Origin: Hyphomicrobiaceae bacterium | Lineage (GTDB): Bacteria > Pseudomonadota > Alphaproteobacteria > Rhizobiales > Hyphomicrobiaceae | Reading direction: 5' to 3' | Assembly (NCBI GenBank): GCA_965224225.1 | Contig: CBDCZF010000025.1 | Span: 171,137-235,136 of the forward strand | DNA length: 64,000 nt | Shown: positions 62,712 through 64,000 of the stretch, one piece after another | Layout: the number at the start of each line of letters is the position of its first letter | Numbering within the stretch: the first letter of the stretch is position 1 | Made by a program: the position numbers and the translations under genes | Notes under the pieces: generated by a model | Told to the model about the DNA's origin: nothing | The model's database searches: none | Seen by the model: only the letters and a program-made list of their open reading frames with translations

Positions 62712-63929
62712 GTGAACGCCGAACAGATGAAAAACGCCGCCGCGCCAGAACCTTGGCATCTCCCAAGCGCGACGGCGCTGCTTGTTCTGGCCGATGGTTG
62801 CGTTATTAAAGGCCGTGGTATCGGCGCAACGGGATCGGCCGTTGGCGAGGTGTGTTTCAACACGGCGATGACCGGTATCAGGAAATCCTGACCGATCCGA
62901 GCTATGCCGGCCAGATCATCACGTTCACGTTTCCCCACATCGGCAATGTCGGCGCCAACGACGAAGACGGCGAGACATCTAATCTGGCAGCCCTTTCAGG
63001 CGTGCGCGGCTGCATTTTTAAGGCCGACATCACGGACCCCTCTAACTACCGCGCCAGCCAGCATCTCGATGTTGGCTGAAGGCGCGCGGCATCGTCGGCA
63101 TCGCCGGCGTCGATACCCGGGCGCTCACTGTTCTGATCCGCGAGAAGGGAATGCCAATGCCGTCATCGCACATGAGGCGGACGGCGCCTTCGAACTCGAC
63201 CGCCTGAAGCAGGAAGCAGGCGAATGGTCTGGTCTCTTAGGTCTCGATCTGGTGCCCGAGGTGACAAGCGGTCAGAGCTACAACTGGGATGAAATGCGCT
63301 GGGTCTGGAACGAAGGCTACCCACGCCAGCAGACGCCGGAATTCCATGTCGTCGCTCTCGATTACGGCCTGAAGCGTAACATCCTGCGCTGCCTGGCATC
63401 GGCCGGCTGCAAGGTCACGGTCGTGCCGGCGACGACGACGGCCGACGAGATCCTGGAGCGCCGACCTGACGGTGTTTTTCTCTCGAACGGCCCGGGGGAT
63501 CCGGCGGCAACAGGTGCCTATGCCGTGCCCGAGATAAAGCAACTGGTGGCCAGTGGCCTGCCAATGTTCGGGATCTGCCTTGGCCACCAGATGCTGGCCA
63601 TCGCGCTCGGTGCCAAGACCGTAAAAATGCACCAGGGCCATCATGGCGCCAATCACCCGGTCAAGGATTTCACCACAGGCAAGGTCGAGATTACGTCGAT
63701 GAACCACGGCTTTGCAGTGGATGCGACGAGCCTGCCCGACGGCGTCGAGCAGACCCACATCTCGCTGTTCGACCAGTCGAACTGCGGCCTGCGTTTGAAG
63801 GACAAGCCGGTATTCTCGGTGCAATACCATCCCGAAGCGAGCCCCGGGCCGCAGGACAGCCATTATCTATTTACCCGGTTTGCCAACCTGATGCGGGCCG
63901 AGAAGGGTATCGAACCTTTGCCCGAATAG
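62712..63929 (+). CDS. carA: carbamoyl-phosphate synthase small (glutaminase) subunit CarA, with three 1-nt frameshifts (~62875, ~63072, ~63156)
   Basis: '[35 protein letters not shown]' / '[26 protein letters not shown]' / '[26 protein letters not shown]' / GATase domain '[17 protein letters not shown]...MNHGFAV' lie in three frames. GTG start with GGAG RBS. Confidence 0.8.
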
Positions 63930-64000
63930 TCGCGTAGTCGTCGCGCGGAGTGATGAGCCCAATGAACCAGCAACTCAGGTTTGCAGCGATCGCGGCACTT

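Overview
High-GC alphaproteobacterial (Rhizobiales-like) chromosomal segment. The backbone is housekeeping: partial crp/fnr-type regulator, ccmF-ccmH-ccmI, aspS, rnd, rsmB, guaB, ackA, rlmE, ppx, coaBC, ltaE, gph, rpiA, gor, class II DAHP synthase, rpoD, dnaG, yqeY and carA. The accessory centrepiece is a ~17 kb Tad/Flp 'widespread colonization island' at ~22.6-39.5 kb: flp pilin, cpaB, cpaC secretin, RcpB-like lipoprotein, tadG/tadE/tadF pseudopilins, cpaE, cpaF, tadB and tadC. Three features of this locus are unusual. (1) A divergent GT2 (polyprenyl-phosphate-sugar synthase-like) plus GT-C-like polytopic glycosyltransferase pair sits immediately upstream of the pilin gene. (2) A 744-aa polytopic coiled-coil membrane protein of unknown function lies between tadC and an inverted prepilin peptidase gene cpaA. 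(3) The gene order differs from canonical ctp/cpa loci. Other items: tRNA-Leu(TAA) and tRNA-Val(CAC); a small tRNA-Leu-adjacent module (XRE regulator, 257-aa possible acyltransferase, 284-aa unknown) with palindromic operator-like sites; a 182-bp compound palindromic intergenic repeat; SPFH lipoprotein; MMPL/RND transporter with a divergent periplasmic unknown; a DUF853/HerA-like ATPase. At least nine single-base frameshifts, each at a short (2-4 nt) mononucleotide run, disrupt Gfo/Idh/MocA, rpoD, a DUF805 gene, yqeY and carA, mostly clustered at 61-63 kb. These look like sequencing indels rather than true pseudogenes. No CRISPR array, transposase, integrase or prophage genes were recognised.
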